Source of the DNA: Candidatus Xenobia bacterium | Lineage (GTDB): Bacteria; Vulcanimicrobiota; Xenobia; Xenobiales; QWHO01 | Direction: 5' to 3' | Assembly (NCBI GenBank): GCA_045863235.1 | Contig: BTUM01000115.1 | Span: forward strand, 1 to 21,049 | DNA length: 21,049 nt | Part shown: piece after piece, positions 8,233 through 16,800 of the stretch | How the letters are laid out: the number at the start of each line of letters is the position of its first letter | Numbering within the stretch: position 1 is the stretch's first letter | Notes under the pieces: generated by a model | Told to the model about the DNA's origin: nothing | Seen by the model: the letters and a program-made list of their open reading frames with translations, nothing else | Databases searched by the model: none | Program-made: the position numbers and the translations under genes

Positions 8233-9042
8233 ATGCGTTCCATCGTGCTCGCCTGGCTGCTCCTGGGCTCGCTGGCCCTGGGCCAGGAGCGATTCCAACC
8301 GCCTCGGGCGGGAGAGTCAGGCCAGGTCCAAACCGCGCTGGGCCTGAGCTATACCGTGCTGGTTGCGGGCCAGGGCCAGCCCCTGAGCCAGGGGGAGCGA
8401 TTCCAGGCCCAGTCCGAAGCCTGGCTTGCCGATGGCACACGGTTCTTCAGCACCCTCGAGAACCGCGCGCCCCTCGATTACGTGCTCGGATCCGGCACGG
8501 CCTGCGCGGGCTTCGACCTGGGGGTCATGGGAATGAGGGTGGGCGAGGTGCGGCGGATCTATATCCCGGCCAGGCTGGCCTTCGGCGAAGCCGGCCGGGG
8601 TCGGGTCCCGCCTGACTCGGACCTGGTCTTCGAAGTGGAGGTCACCCAACGCGGCACTGCCGTCAGCCTGCGCCAGCCTCCCGCGCCGGGTGAGACGGGG
8701 CAGCTCCAGGCAGGCAACGGTTTAACCTACACGATTCTGCGCCCGGGGCAGGGAGAGCCCGTGCAGCCGGGCGAGCGCGTGCGGGCTCACTACACCGGCT
8801 GGCTGACGGACGGTCGCAAGTTTGACAGCAGCCTGGATCGCGGCCAGCCCTTCGAAGTGCAGATCGGAGTGGGTCAGGTCATCCCGGGCTGGGATCAGGG
8901 GATCGTGGGGATGCGAACAGGCGAGATTCGCAGGCTCTATCTCCCGCCCGAACTCGGATACGGCGCCCGGGGCGCGGGCGCGACCATCCCGCCCAACGCC
9001 GCCCTGGTCTTCGAAGTAGAGCTGATCGCGCACGGGCGCTAG
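8233..9042 (+). CDS. exported tandem FKBP-type peptidyl-prolyl cis-trans isomerase
   Basis: Signal peptide [17 protein letters not shown] and two FKBP domains. The second is canonical: [15 protein letters not shown]...QVIPGWDQG...GM...GYG...[13 protein letters not shown]. Confidence 0.93.
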   Translation: MRSIVLAWLLLGSLALGQERFQPPRAGESGQVQTALGLSYTVLVAGQGQPLSQGERFQAQSEAWLADGTRFFSTLENRAPLDYVLGSGTACAGFDLGVMGMRVGEVRRIYIPARLAFGEAGRGRVPPDSDLVFEVEVTQRGTAVSLRQPPAPGETGQLQAGNGLTYTILRPGQGEPVQPGERVRAHYTGWLTDGRKFDSSLDRGQPFEVQIGVGQVIPGWDQGIVGMRTGEIRRLYLPPELGYGARGAGATIPPNAALVFEVELIAHGR

Positions 9043-9179
9043 GGGCGCAGCCTGTTGAGCTAGCAGAGCTGATGACCGGTTGTCGAGGGCGGGGTAGCGG
9101 GCTGATGGGCGGCGCACCACGACGTAGCCATCCCGCTGACCTGCAGGCCGTGTGCGGCTCGACTAGAATCACTTTCAGG

Positions 9180-10205
9180 ATGGTGCGTCGCCTGGCATAC
9201 CTCTGGGTCCTCTTGCTGGCCGCAACTCAGGCCCAGCCCGAGTTGGAGCTGCCCCGCAAGGTGCACTTCTGGCTCCAGACGCAACCCGCCCTGGTGGAGG
9301 TTTATCAAATCGGTCCCGGGGCAGGTCCGGCCCTCTGGCTGGGCAACTCCCAGCAGCGTCTCACGCTGGACGTCGAGCCTTCCGGACGCGAGTGGATCCT
9401 GCTGCTCGAGTGTGGCGGCTACCAGCCCACCACGGTGCGGCTCAGTCGCGCTCAGCTGACCGAAGGAGCCCGGCTGGGGCCGTACACCCTGCTGCCTTCG
9501 CGCGGCCAGGGGTGGCTCCGCTTCGTGCAAGACTACCGCTGGCTCTGGCTGGGCTGGCTGCTGGTGCTGCTGGGCTACGCGGGCGTGCGCCTCTCGCTGC
9601 GCCGGCTCTCGCGCCTACCTCCCCCGCCTGCTCCCGCCTCCATCGGTCCGGTGGTGTTCTCCTGTTACCCTGTGGCCCCGGCCGACCTGCCATTGCGCAG
9701 ACGCATCGATCCCTCATTTGCTCTGGGATGCAGCAGCGTGGTGGGGTTCTTGCTGGGGGCTCTGATCTGGGCCGGCTCGCACCTGGCGGGCCACCTGTGG
9801 GGGAGCATGCCGCTCTCGCTGACCTGGCTCTGGCTGCCAGCCGCCTGCCTTTGCCTGGCCACCGTCTTGTTGGAGCTCGCCTTCGGCGATGCGGTGGAGT
9901 TGGCCCAGTACGTGGGGGAGCGAGGGGTGGCCCGCTATCGCTTCACATGCTGGCTGGATACCGAGCTGATCCTGTTTCAGGAGATCGCCCGGGTCGAGGA
10001 GGTGGTCAGCCCTCAAGAGCGCGATTCGGGACACCATCCGGTGGAGTACCGCTGGTTGACGGCGGACGGACAGGAGCGCTTGCGTCTCAACGACATCCAG
10101 GGCGCGCCCGGCTTTGCTAGCGAGGCCCTGGCGGCCTGGCGCCGGGGGAAGGAGAGCGATTCAGCTCAGCCTTGCGCTGCTGCACCGCCTGCAGACCCTG
10201 CCTGA
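9180..10205 (+). CDS. hypothetical membrane protein (signal peptide, PEGA-like exported domain, ~3 TM helices)
   Basis: Signal MVRRLAYLWVLLLAATQA; PEGA-like LQTQPALVEVY...WLGNS...LLECGGYQP; TM WLWLGWLLVLLGYAGV plus two more hydrophobic helices. Confidence 0.72.
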   Translation: MVRRLAYLWVLLLAATQAQPELELPRKVHFWLQTQPALVEVYQIGPGAGPALWLGNSQQRLTLDVEPSGREWILLLECGGYQPTTVRLSRAQLTEGARLGPYTLLPSRGQGWLRFVQDYRWLWLGWLLVLLGYAGVRLSLRRLSRLPPPPAPASIGPVVFSCYPVAPADLPLRRRIDPSFALGCSSVVGFLLGALIWAGSHLAGHLWGSMPLSLTWLWLPAACLCLATVLLELAFGDAVELAQYVGERGVARYRFTCWLDTELILFQEIARVEEVVSPQERDSGHHPVEYRWLTADGQERLRLNDIQGAPGFASEALAAWRRGKESDSAQPCAAAPPADPA

Positions 10206-10641
10206 GGGTGGGGCCAAGGGCGGAAGAGAGCAGCGCATCGGCTACCCGGGCCTGGGGCGGGGGGAGGCCCCGCCACCTGGAAACCCGGGTCTTGCCCTGA
10301 AAGTCCACCTCGAGTCGGGTATAGAGGACCTGATCCTCCTGGGCGCCCGAGTCGCCGTCCTCAAGAGCGGCCGCTCCCTCCCGGTCGAGAGACCGCACCA
10401 GCGCCGCGAACTCTTCCTCGGTCAGTCTCCGGTGCAGGCGGACAACCTCCGAGCCCAGCGCGATCCGGCCTTCACACAGAGCCCCGGGGGGATCGGGCCA
10501 GAGCTCGAGGCGGAAACTCTCACGCAGGTCGGGGGTGGGCGAGAGCTCGAGGCGCACGTGGCGCAACTCGGCCTGGACAGTCTCGAGCGGCAGCCCGCAG
10601 CTCCAGGCGAGCAGGGCGAGCAAGAGCCAGCCAATTCGCAT
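10117..10641 (-). CDS. putative lipoprotein
   Basis: MRIGWLLLALLAWSC is a signal peptide with a lipobox-like Cys. The 3' end overlaps the convergent gene by 89 nt. Confidence 0.65.
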   Translation of the reverse strand: MRIGWLLLALLAWSCGLPLETVQAELRHVRLELSPTPDLRESFRLELWPDPPGALCEGRIALGSEVVRLHRRLTEEEFAALVRSLDREGAAALEDGDSGAQEDQVLYTRLEVDFQGKTRVSRWRGLPPPQARVADALLSSALGPTLRQGLQAVQQRKAELNRSPSPGARPPGPR

Positions 10642-10704
10642 GAATCCGGCTTCCTGGCCACCTGCCGGTGCACCTGCCCGGAAGGCCTGGCCAACGCAGA
10701 CCGG

Positions 10705-11493
10705 TCAGTGCCCGCCCGGTGGGCAGGTGGGGGGCACCGTCACCGGCCGGGCGTGGGGATTGATCAGCAGGTTTGGCTCGGGCGTCTTGCGCGGGTCTGA
10801 GGTCGACGGGCTCTCGGCCACCGGTCGGGTCGCCCGCAGGGACCTGTCGAAGGCCTGGAGTTTCCCGGCCAGCGCGCGCGCCTTCTCTTGCAGGGTCTTG
10901 AGGGCGGCCTCCTTGTCCTCGGCGCTGCGCCACTTGAGATAGGCGTCCTTGTACTCGTAGCGGGCATCCTGGATGGCCGGGTCGTCCTTGGCCGAGCCCT
11001 CGGTCTTGCGATAGATGTGCACGCCATCGTCGGGCTTGATGCGGTCGACCACCACGCCGCCCTGGTCGTCGGTCTTGCTGATGTACTCGATCTCGCCGGT
11101 CTGGCCGTCGCGGGAGATCACCAGACCCACGTGGCTGATGGTATCGGCCGAGCCGATGCCGATCACGTCGCCAATCTCGGCGGTGTCGTTGGATTGCTCC
11201 GTGAGACCGTTCTCCTCGGACAAGATGGCGTCCCCGTGCTGACCGGGGTCGATGACGCCCTGTCCCCCGTTGAGGGCCCAGCCCACGCAGTTGGAGCCGC
11301 TGGCGGGAGGGTCGACCTGGAAGCCCCCGTGACTCTCGGCCCTGCTCAGGGCATTCTGATACTTGACGTTGCCGCCCTCGGGCGGGGTGTTGTCGTTGGA
11401 CTCGACGGGGATTGCGCTCCCATCCCGGGTATAGACGACGGTCTGAGCGGCCACGCAAAGAACCAGGCAGAAGACCAGCAAGAGACTTCTCAT
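10705..11493 (-). CDS. secreted NlpC/P60-like (papain-fold) Cys-His hydrolase candidate
   Basis: Signal MRSLLLVFCLVLCVAA; SNCVGWAL (catalytic Cys context); AEIGDVIGI...ISHVGLV (GD + His); YISK; then a C-terminal coiled coil and Pro-rich tail. Confidence 0.7.
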   Translation of the reverse strand: MRSLLLVFCLVLCVAAQTVVYTRDGSAIPVESNDNTPPEGGNVKYQNALSRAESHGGFQVDPPASGSNCVGWALNGGQGVIDPGQHGDAILSEENGLTEQSNDTAEIGDVIGIGSADTISHVGLVISRDGQTGEIEYISKTDDQGGVVVDRIKPDDGVHIYRKTEGSAKDDPAIQDARYEYKDAYLKWRSAEDKEAALKTLQEKARALAGKLQAFDRSLRATRPVAESPSTSDPRKTPEPNLLINPHARPVTVPPTCPPGGH

Positions 11494-11616
11494 GGACTGA
11501 CCATTCGGGATCAGCCCGGGCATGCCTGGCCTTCACACAATCTGTTGAACCGCGCCGGCGCCAAGGCTGGGGTCATGAAAAAACGAGGATCAGAGCGAGC
11601 GATGCATTCAGCTTTC

Positions 11617-11638
11617 TTTCTGGACTCGCTGGCACAAT
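11617..11638 (+). promoter_or_regulatory. putative promoter motif copy 2 (TTTCT-N11-CACAAT, extended TG), 7 nt before GTG
   Basis: TTTCTGGA ctcgctgg CACAAT tgcaggc GTG. Confidence 0.45.
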
Positions 11639-11645
11639 TGCAGGC

Positions 11646-13004
11646 GTGATCGTACGCCCCGTGGCAACCCCGAGCTCCTGGCCGCAACGGCCGGTTCCCG
11701 CGTCCTCCAGCGAGGGCCCGCCGGACCAGGCCCTGCTGGGCCGCGACCTGGGTCAGCCCGAGCTGACCCAGGCCACCCGGATGCTGGCCTCGGAAGGGCT
11801 TCCCCAGCGCTTGCAGACGGTGCCTCTCGGGAACCTGACCCACCAACCGCGGCTCGACAGCCAGGGGCGCATCCAGCTGATGGGCGATCAGGGCTGGCTG
11901 GCCCTGGATGCGCGCAGCCTGGCCCCCCTCGATACCCGACCCCTGAACCAGAAATCGGACGGCGAGTCGGTGATGGTGCAGGATCGATTGGTCTACGTCC
12001 GCGACGAGGGCGCCGGCCTGGTGGTGCTGCGCGACGGGGTGGAAGAGCGAGCCCTGCCGACCGAGTCGCCCATCTCCAGCGAGCTTCTGCCCACTGCGGA
12101 CGGGAAGCTTCTCTTCGGCAACGACTCGGGTCAGGTCATCAGCTTCGATCCTCTCACCGGGGCGACCAGTACCCTGGTGCAAATTCCCGGGGAGACGGGG
12201 CACAAAACCTCCCCCTTGCGACTGGCCCCGGCCGGGGACGGAGGCCTGTACGTGCACACCCGGGACGGCCGGCTCTTTGCCTTCGACGCCCAGATGCAGC
12301 CCCGCTGGGACCGCCAGGACAGCTATCACCTGTCCTGGTTTGCTCCCACCGAGTCGCTGGACGGCACAAAGCTCTATCAGGGCAACATCAGCCGGGCCCT
12401 GGTGGCCCTCGATGCCACCACCGGCCAGGAGAAATGGCGCCACACTTACGTCGAAGAATTCGGCCTGGGCGCCTGCGGCTTCGCCCCGGTGCTGCAAGAC
12501 GCGCAGGGGAACGTGTTCAGCGCCGCCCTGATGCAAAACCCCGACAAGCTGCACGAATTTCCCGAGCCCACGGTGCACTTTTTCAAGTTCACTCCCGAAG
12601 GCCAGCTGCTTTTTCGGGTGGACACAGGCCTGGAGCTGCGCCTGGGGGCGGGGCAGTTCGGGGAGATGGCCCTGGACAACCAGGGCAACCTGTGCGCCAC
12701 CGCCGGCGGTCAACTGGTGGTCATCGGTCCGCGCGGCCAACTGCTCACGCGGGTCGATCCTCAGCAGCTGGCGGGCGAGGATCAGCTGGTCAACCACATG
12801 CTGATGAGCCCGGAGAAGGACCGGCTGGTCTTGATCTGCGGCGATTACTCCCCCTGGAAGCCAGAGCCCTACAGCCTGATCGAGGTGGATCTGCCCGGTC
12901 GGTTGGGCCGCCAGGCCGCCTCGGAGGCCAGCCAGGTGCGCGAGACCGAGCAGGGGGTTCAAGTCGGAGGAGTGCTCATCCGCAAGCGGCGCACCAGCCT
13001 CTAG
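11646..13004 (+). CDS. PQQ/BamB-like beta-propeller repeat protein without signal peptide
   Basis: GTG at 11646. Blades DGKLLFGNDSGQVISFDPLTG, DGGLYVHTRDGRLFAFDAQMQPRW, DGTKLYQGNISRALVALDATTGQEKWRH and DNQGNLCATAGGQLVVIGPRGQLL. Confidence 0.85.
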   Translation: MIVRPVATPSSWPQRPVPASSSEGPPDQALLGRDLGQPELTQATRMLASEGLPQRLQTVPLGNLTHQPRLDSQGRIQLMGDQGWLALDARSLAPLDTRPLNQKSDGESVMVQDRLVYVRDEGAGLVVLRDGVEERALPTESPISSELLPTADGKLLFGNDSGQVISFDPLTGATSTLVQIPGETGHKTSPLRLAPAGDGGLYVHTRDGRLFAFDAQMQPRWDRQDSYHLSWFAPTESLDGTKLYQGNISRALVALDATTGQEKWRHTYVEEFGLGACGFAPVLQDAQGNVFSAALMQNPDKLHEFPEPTVHFFKFTPEGQLLFRVDTGLELRLGAGQFGEMALDNQGNLCATAGGQLVVIGPRGQLLTRVDPQQLAGEDQLVNHMLMSPEKDRLVLICGDYSPWKPEPYSLIEVDLPGRLGRQAASEASQVRETEQGVQVGGVLIRKRRTSL

Positions 13005-13023
13005 CACACGGTTTTCCGGCATT

Positions 13024-13045
13024 TTTCAGGCTCGCCAGCCATGCT
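13024..13045 (+). promoter_or_regulatory. putative promoter motif copy 3 (TTTCA-N11-CATGCT)
   Basis: TTTCAGGC tcgccagc CATGCT, 45 nt upstream of ATG 13091, which has a GAGG RBS. Confidence 0.4.
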
Positions 13046-13090
13046 GATGGCAATGTTGCCTCGACTCGTCAACTCCTCGAGGTCGCAGTC

Positions 13091-13933
13091 ATGATCGGCC
13101 GGCTTTCTGGCATTTCCTGGCTGGCCTGGCCGCGACCAGCCCCCCGGCCACTGCGCTATGAGCTCGGCACCGGAGCCCAGGTGGACACATCCGATCTCCA
13201 GCTCCAGCAAGCTTCGCGCCTGGCTCGGAAGTGCACCCGTGTCCTTTGTCGCGACGGCACCCTGGCCCCGGCCGATGCGGCCAGCAGCCACCAGGTGGCC
13301 CTGCGGCTGGCCGCCCTGCCCCCCGAAGCACAGGAGCAGCTCAAGCGGGCCCGGCTGAGAATCGTCGTGCTGGATTCTGAAAACCCGCCTCGGGGCGGCT
13401 ATCCCGGCAAGGTGTTGGGCTCCCCCGACCGCTGGGAAGAGGGCCTGGGGGCCCAGTACCACTACCAGCGCAAAGAGATTCTGGTGCCCCGCCGGTATCT
13501 CGAGGCCCCCTTCAGCGGGGTAGGGGACAGCCTCTTGCACGAGCTCGGTCATGCCCTGTCGGATGCCAAGGTGGTGGATCGGGGCCGGCTCATGACCCTG
13601 GACGACGATCCTCGCCTGCTCGAGCTCTTCGAGGCCTATCGCAAGCGTTGCGGGTTCAAGCCAGCCGAGCCCAAGCCAGAAGGCCACGACTTCAACCAGC
13701 CCATGATCCTGGAGTTCGAGCGTCAGGAGGAGGCCTGGAGCCTCTATGCGGTCACCGAGCCTCGCGAGTATCTAGCCGAGGGGCTCAGCCACCTCCTGAG
13801 CGGCGGGGAGAAGAAAGAGAAGCTGGCCCGCCAGGACGGGCAGTTGGTGGAGTATCTGCGTGACTTCCTGATCGCCCCCACCAGGGGCGGGAGCCCGTTT
13901 GGCCTGTGGGACCCTCGTCCAGAGAGACCCTGA
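13091..13933 (+). CDS. zinc metallopeptidase, anthrax lethal factor catalytic domain / PPEP / MtfA-like
   Basis: LAALPPEAQEQL..LRIVV, LLHELGHALSD (HExxH), SLYAVTEPREYLAEGL (Tyr + third Zn ligand E..AE) and a terminal L.RQD..LVEYL helix. Confidence 0.85.
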   Translation: MIGRLSGISWLAWPRPAPRPLRYELGTGAQVDTSDLQLQQASRLARKCTRVLCRDGTLAPADAASSHQVALRLAALPPEAQEQLKRARLRIVVLDSENPPRGGYPGKVLGSPDRWEEGLGAQYHYQRKEILVPRRYLEAPFSGVGDSLLHELGHALSDAKVVDRGRLMTLDDDPRLLELFEAYRKRCGFKPAEPKPEGHDFNQPMILEFERQEEAWSLYAVTEPREYLAEGLSHLLSGGEKKEKLARQDGQLVEYLRDFLIAPTRGGSPFGLWDPRPERP

Positions 13934-13948
13934 CAATCAAGGCGATCA

Positions 13949-14551
13949 TCAAGCCGAGCGATCCATCCGACACGGAATGGCGGGCAGGTCCTGAAACAGG
14001 ATCGGCACCCCCTCCCTTTGCAGGGGGGCGGCCAGTCGGTCCAGCCAGTCGGCCACCGGTAACAGCTTGCGGTGAGCCCCGATCAACAGCCACGAAAGCC
14101 AGCTCGAGTTGCCCTGACGGGCGTGCTCGGGCGCGTTGTTGGCGATGCGCAGCATCGATTCGAGCATGTGGCGCACCATGCAGTGGCAGCGCGGGTCGCC
14201 CAACTGCTCCAGCTCCGCTTCGCAGGCCTTTCCCAGCTCGGGGAACGTCCCCACCCTGGTGCGGTCGACCACCCGGGTCAGGTCCGCAGGCTCGACGGTC
14301 CTTGGAGCCTCATAGGACACGCGGAACGGCTGCAGCTCGAGGTCCACGAAGTCCTCCTCCACGACCATCGAGCCCTGGCGGTTGAGCGGGCGGGCCAGCG
14401 CGTCCACCACCACGGCCAGGGGAAGGGTGCTCAACTCCAGCCCGATCAGGGCGCAAGAGAGGGGCACGGAACGACCCTGCGTCAGCCGGGCGTAGGCGGG
14501 AAGCCGTCCGAGGTTGATCTGGAGAGCCTGCCAGAGGTGTCCGGTCAGCAT
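13949..14551 (-). CDS. hypothetical protein made of two ~70-aa internal repeats
   Basis: The two halves align (see findings). Start is ATG 14551 or GTG 14611, unresolved. Confidence 0.72.
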   Translation of the reverse strand: MLTGHLWQALQINLGRLPAYARLTQGRSVPLSCALIGLELSTLPLAVVVDALARPLNRQGSMVVEEDFVDLELQPFRVSYEAPRTVEPADLTRVVDRTRVGTFPELGKACEAELEQLGDPRCHCMVRHMLESMLRIANNAPEHARQGNSSWLSWLLIGAHRKLLPVADWLDRLAAPLQREGVPILFQDLPAIPCRMDRSA

Positions 14552-14663
14552 GCTCCTCTGGTCGTATCCTGCCAGGTTTTGTTCCACTTGCGGTTCTGGT
14601 CCAGCTTCCACAGCCTCGTGGCACGGAGGTGGTCGAACAGCCTGCTCGAATCAGGGCGACGCC

Positions 14664-16643
14664 ATGAGCACCGATGAAGGTCAGCGCCCCGTCAAAGCCT
14701 TTCGTGAGCCGGAGTTGTCCGAGCCGATCCCGACCGCGCGGGAGGAAGATGATGACGAGCCATCTCACGGTCCCCACAAGGGGTTCTGGGCTCTGGTTCT
14801 GGGCTCGCTGGGGGTGGTCTTCGGAGACATCGGCACCAGCCCGCTCTACGCATTGCAAGAGTGCGTTCACGGTGATCACGCCGTGCCCCCCACACCGGAG
14901 AACCTGTTCGGCATTCTCTCCCTGATCTTCTGGGCCATGACCCTGGTGGTCACCTTCAAGTACGTGGCCGTACTGCTGAAGGCCGACAATCGCGGCGAAG
15001 GCGGCATCATGGCCTTGCTGGCCCTGGTTCCGGATGGGCTGCGCCGGGTCGTGGCCGGACGGATCGGGCTGGTCAGCCTGCTGGTGATCGCCGGCACCGC
15101 TTTGCTCTTTGGCGACGGCATCATCACTCCGTCCATCTCGGTGCTGTCCGCGGTCGAGGGGCTGGCGGTGGCCGAGCCCGGTTTGAGCCGTTTCGTCGTG
15201 CCGGTGACCTGCGCGATCCTGTTTGCTCTTTTCGCAATCCAGAGCCGGGGGACGGGCAGCATCGGAAGATTGTTCGGGCCCGTCATGCTGGTCTGGTTCA
15301 CCGTCCTGGCAGGCCTGGGAGTGCGCCACATCCTGACGGCCCCGGAGATTCTGGGAGCCCTGAGCCCCCACCACGCCATCGGATTCTTCATCCACAACGG
15401 CGCTCACGGGTTTGCGCTGCTCGGCTCGGTGGTCCTGTGTGTCACCGGCGGTGAGGCGCTCTATGCCGACATGGGTCACTTCGGGCCCCGCCCCATCCGT
15501 GTGGCCTGGCTGTATGCGACCTTTCCGGCCCTGGTGCTGTGCTATTTCGGGCAAGGCGCCATGTTGCTCGCAAACCCCGAGGCCAGCAGCCGGGTGTTCT
15601 TCTCGATGGTGCCCAAGGGACCGGTGACCTTCGCCCTGGTGTTGCTGGCCACGGCCGCCACCGTCATCGCCAGTCAGGCTCTCATCTCGGCCGTCTTCTC
15701 GCTCACCCACCAGGCGGTGCGACTGGGCTACCTGCCCCGCGTCGAGGTGCTGCACACCTCCCGGCGCATTCAGGGCCAGATCTACATCCCGGTGGTCAAC
15801 TGGAGCCTGGCCGTCTCGTGCCTGCTCCTGGTGAGCCTCTTCCAGCAGTCGAGCAAGCTGGCGGCAGCCTACGGGCTGGCGGTCAGCGGCACGATGGCCC
15901 TGACTTCCATCGTCTTCTTCTACGTCACCAGCTCCACCTGGAAGTGGCCCGCCTGGAAGAGCGTGGGCCTCTTGTGCCTCTTCCTCTCCATCGACCTGCC
16001 CTTCCTGGGGGCGACCTGCCTCAAATTCCTCCACGGCGGCTACATCCCCGTGCTTGTGGGTCTGGGGTTCTTCGTGATCATGGCGACCTGGGTCAAGGGA
16101 CGGGCCCTGCTGGCCGAGTTCTATGCCAGCCGCACCATCCCCATCGACGAGTTCCTGGAGACGCTCGACAGCCGCATCAAGGCCCGGATACCCGGCCTGG
16201 GAGTGGTCATGGCCTCCCCCGGGACGGGCACCCCCCCGGTGCTGCTGCACATCACCCGGCGCTTTCGCGTGCTTCATGAGCAGGTGTTCGTGCTCACCGT
16301 CACCAGCGAGGACGTCCCAAACGTGCCCTTCGAGGAGCGCGTGGAGGTCGAGAGCCTGGGCCAGGGCTTTTACCGGGTGCTGGTACGCTGCGGATTCATC
16401 GACCACCCCAACGTTCCCCGGGCCGTGAGGCAAGCCCAGGCGCGCCTGCTGCTGAGCGAGCCGGCCTCGCAGGTGGTCTACCTGGTCAACCACGAGACCT
16501 TCGTGGCCACCGACCGGGGCAAGATGGGGCGTTATCAGGAGCTGTTCTTCGCCCTGCTCGCTCGCAACGCCGTGAACGCCAGCCATTACTTCGGCATCCT
16601 GCCCGAGCAGGTGGTGGAGCTCGGCTCACGGATCGATCTCTAG
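14664..16643 (+). CDS. kup: KUP/HAK/KT family potassium uptake transporter
   Basis: Motifs LGVVFGDIGTSPLYA, KYV..ADNRGEGGIMAL, GDGIITPSISVLSAVEG, TGGEALYADMGHFG, ASQALIS, GQIYIP, LAAAYGLAV and the terminal VVELGSRIDL. Confidence 0.97.
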   Translation: MSTDEGQRPVKAFREPELSEPIPTAREEDDDEPSHGPHKGFWALVLGSLGVVFGDIGTSPLYALQECVHGDHAVPPTPENLFGILSLIFWAMTLVVTFKYVAVLLKADNRGEGGIMALLALVPDGLRRVVAGRIGLVSLLVIAGTALLFGDGIITPSISVLSAVEGLAVAEPGLSRFVVPVTCAILFALFAIQSRGTGSIGRLFGPVMLVWFTVLAGLGVRHILTAPEILGALSPHHAIGFFIHNGAHGFALLGSVVLCVTGGEALYADMGHFGPRPIRVAWLYATFPALVLCYFGQGAMLLANPEASSRVFFSMVPKGPVTFALVLLATAATVIASQALISAVFSLTHQAVRLGYLPRVEVLHTSRRIQGQIYIPVVNWSLAVSCLLLVSLFQQSSKLAAAYGLAVSGTMALTSIVFFYVTSSTWKWPAWKSVGLLCLFLSIDLPFLGATCLKFLHGGYIPVLVGLGFFVIMATWVKGRALLAEFYASRTIPIDEFLETLDSRIKARIPGLGVVMASPGTGTPPVLLHITRRFRVLHEQVFVLTVTSEDVPNVPFEERVEVESLGQGFYRVLVRCGFIDHPNVPRAVRQAQARLLLSEPASQVVYLVNHETFVATDRGKMGRYQELFFALLARNAVNASHYFGILPEQVVELGSRIDL

Positions 16644-16678
16644 ACAACCCCGCGGTTGACCTGGGAAATCTGTAAGGC

Positions 16679-16707
16679 TGGACATTTGCCTCCGAATGCG
16701 CTACCCT
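16679..16707 (+). promoter_or_regulatory. putative sigma70-type promoter TGGACA-N17-TACCCT
   Basis: Near-consensus hexamers with a 17-nt spacer, about 93 nt upstream of ATG 16801. Confidence 0.35.
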
Positions 16708-16800
16708 GGTGCGCAAGTTACCGATCGATCCGGATGCTCTTCGCACCGCTGAAAGTTTTCCACCCCTTCGGAACGCCATTCACGAATTGGAGACCAACTC

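Noticed and set aside
11646..13004. PQQ-dependent dehydrogenase or bamB assignment
   Set aside because: No signal peptide or lipobox and no catalytic motifs. Only the propeller fold is supported.
14310..16586. 758-aa minus-strand ORF (also 876-2273, 2288-3403, 11511-13022)
   Set aside because: Antisense shadows of well-supported genes, as expected in high-GC DNA.
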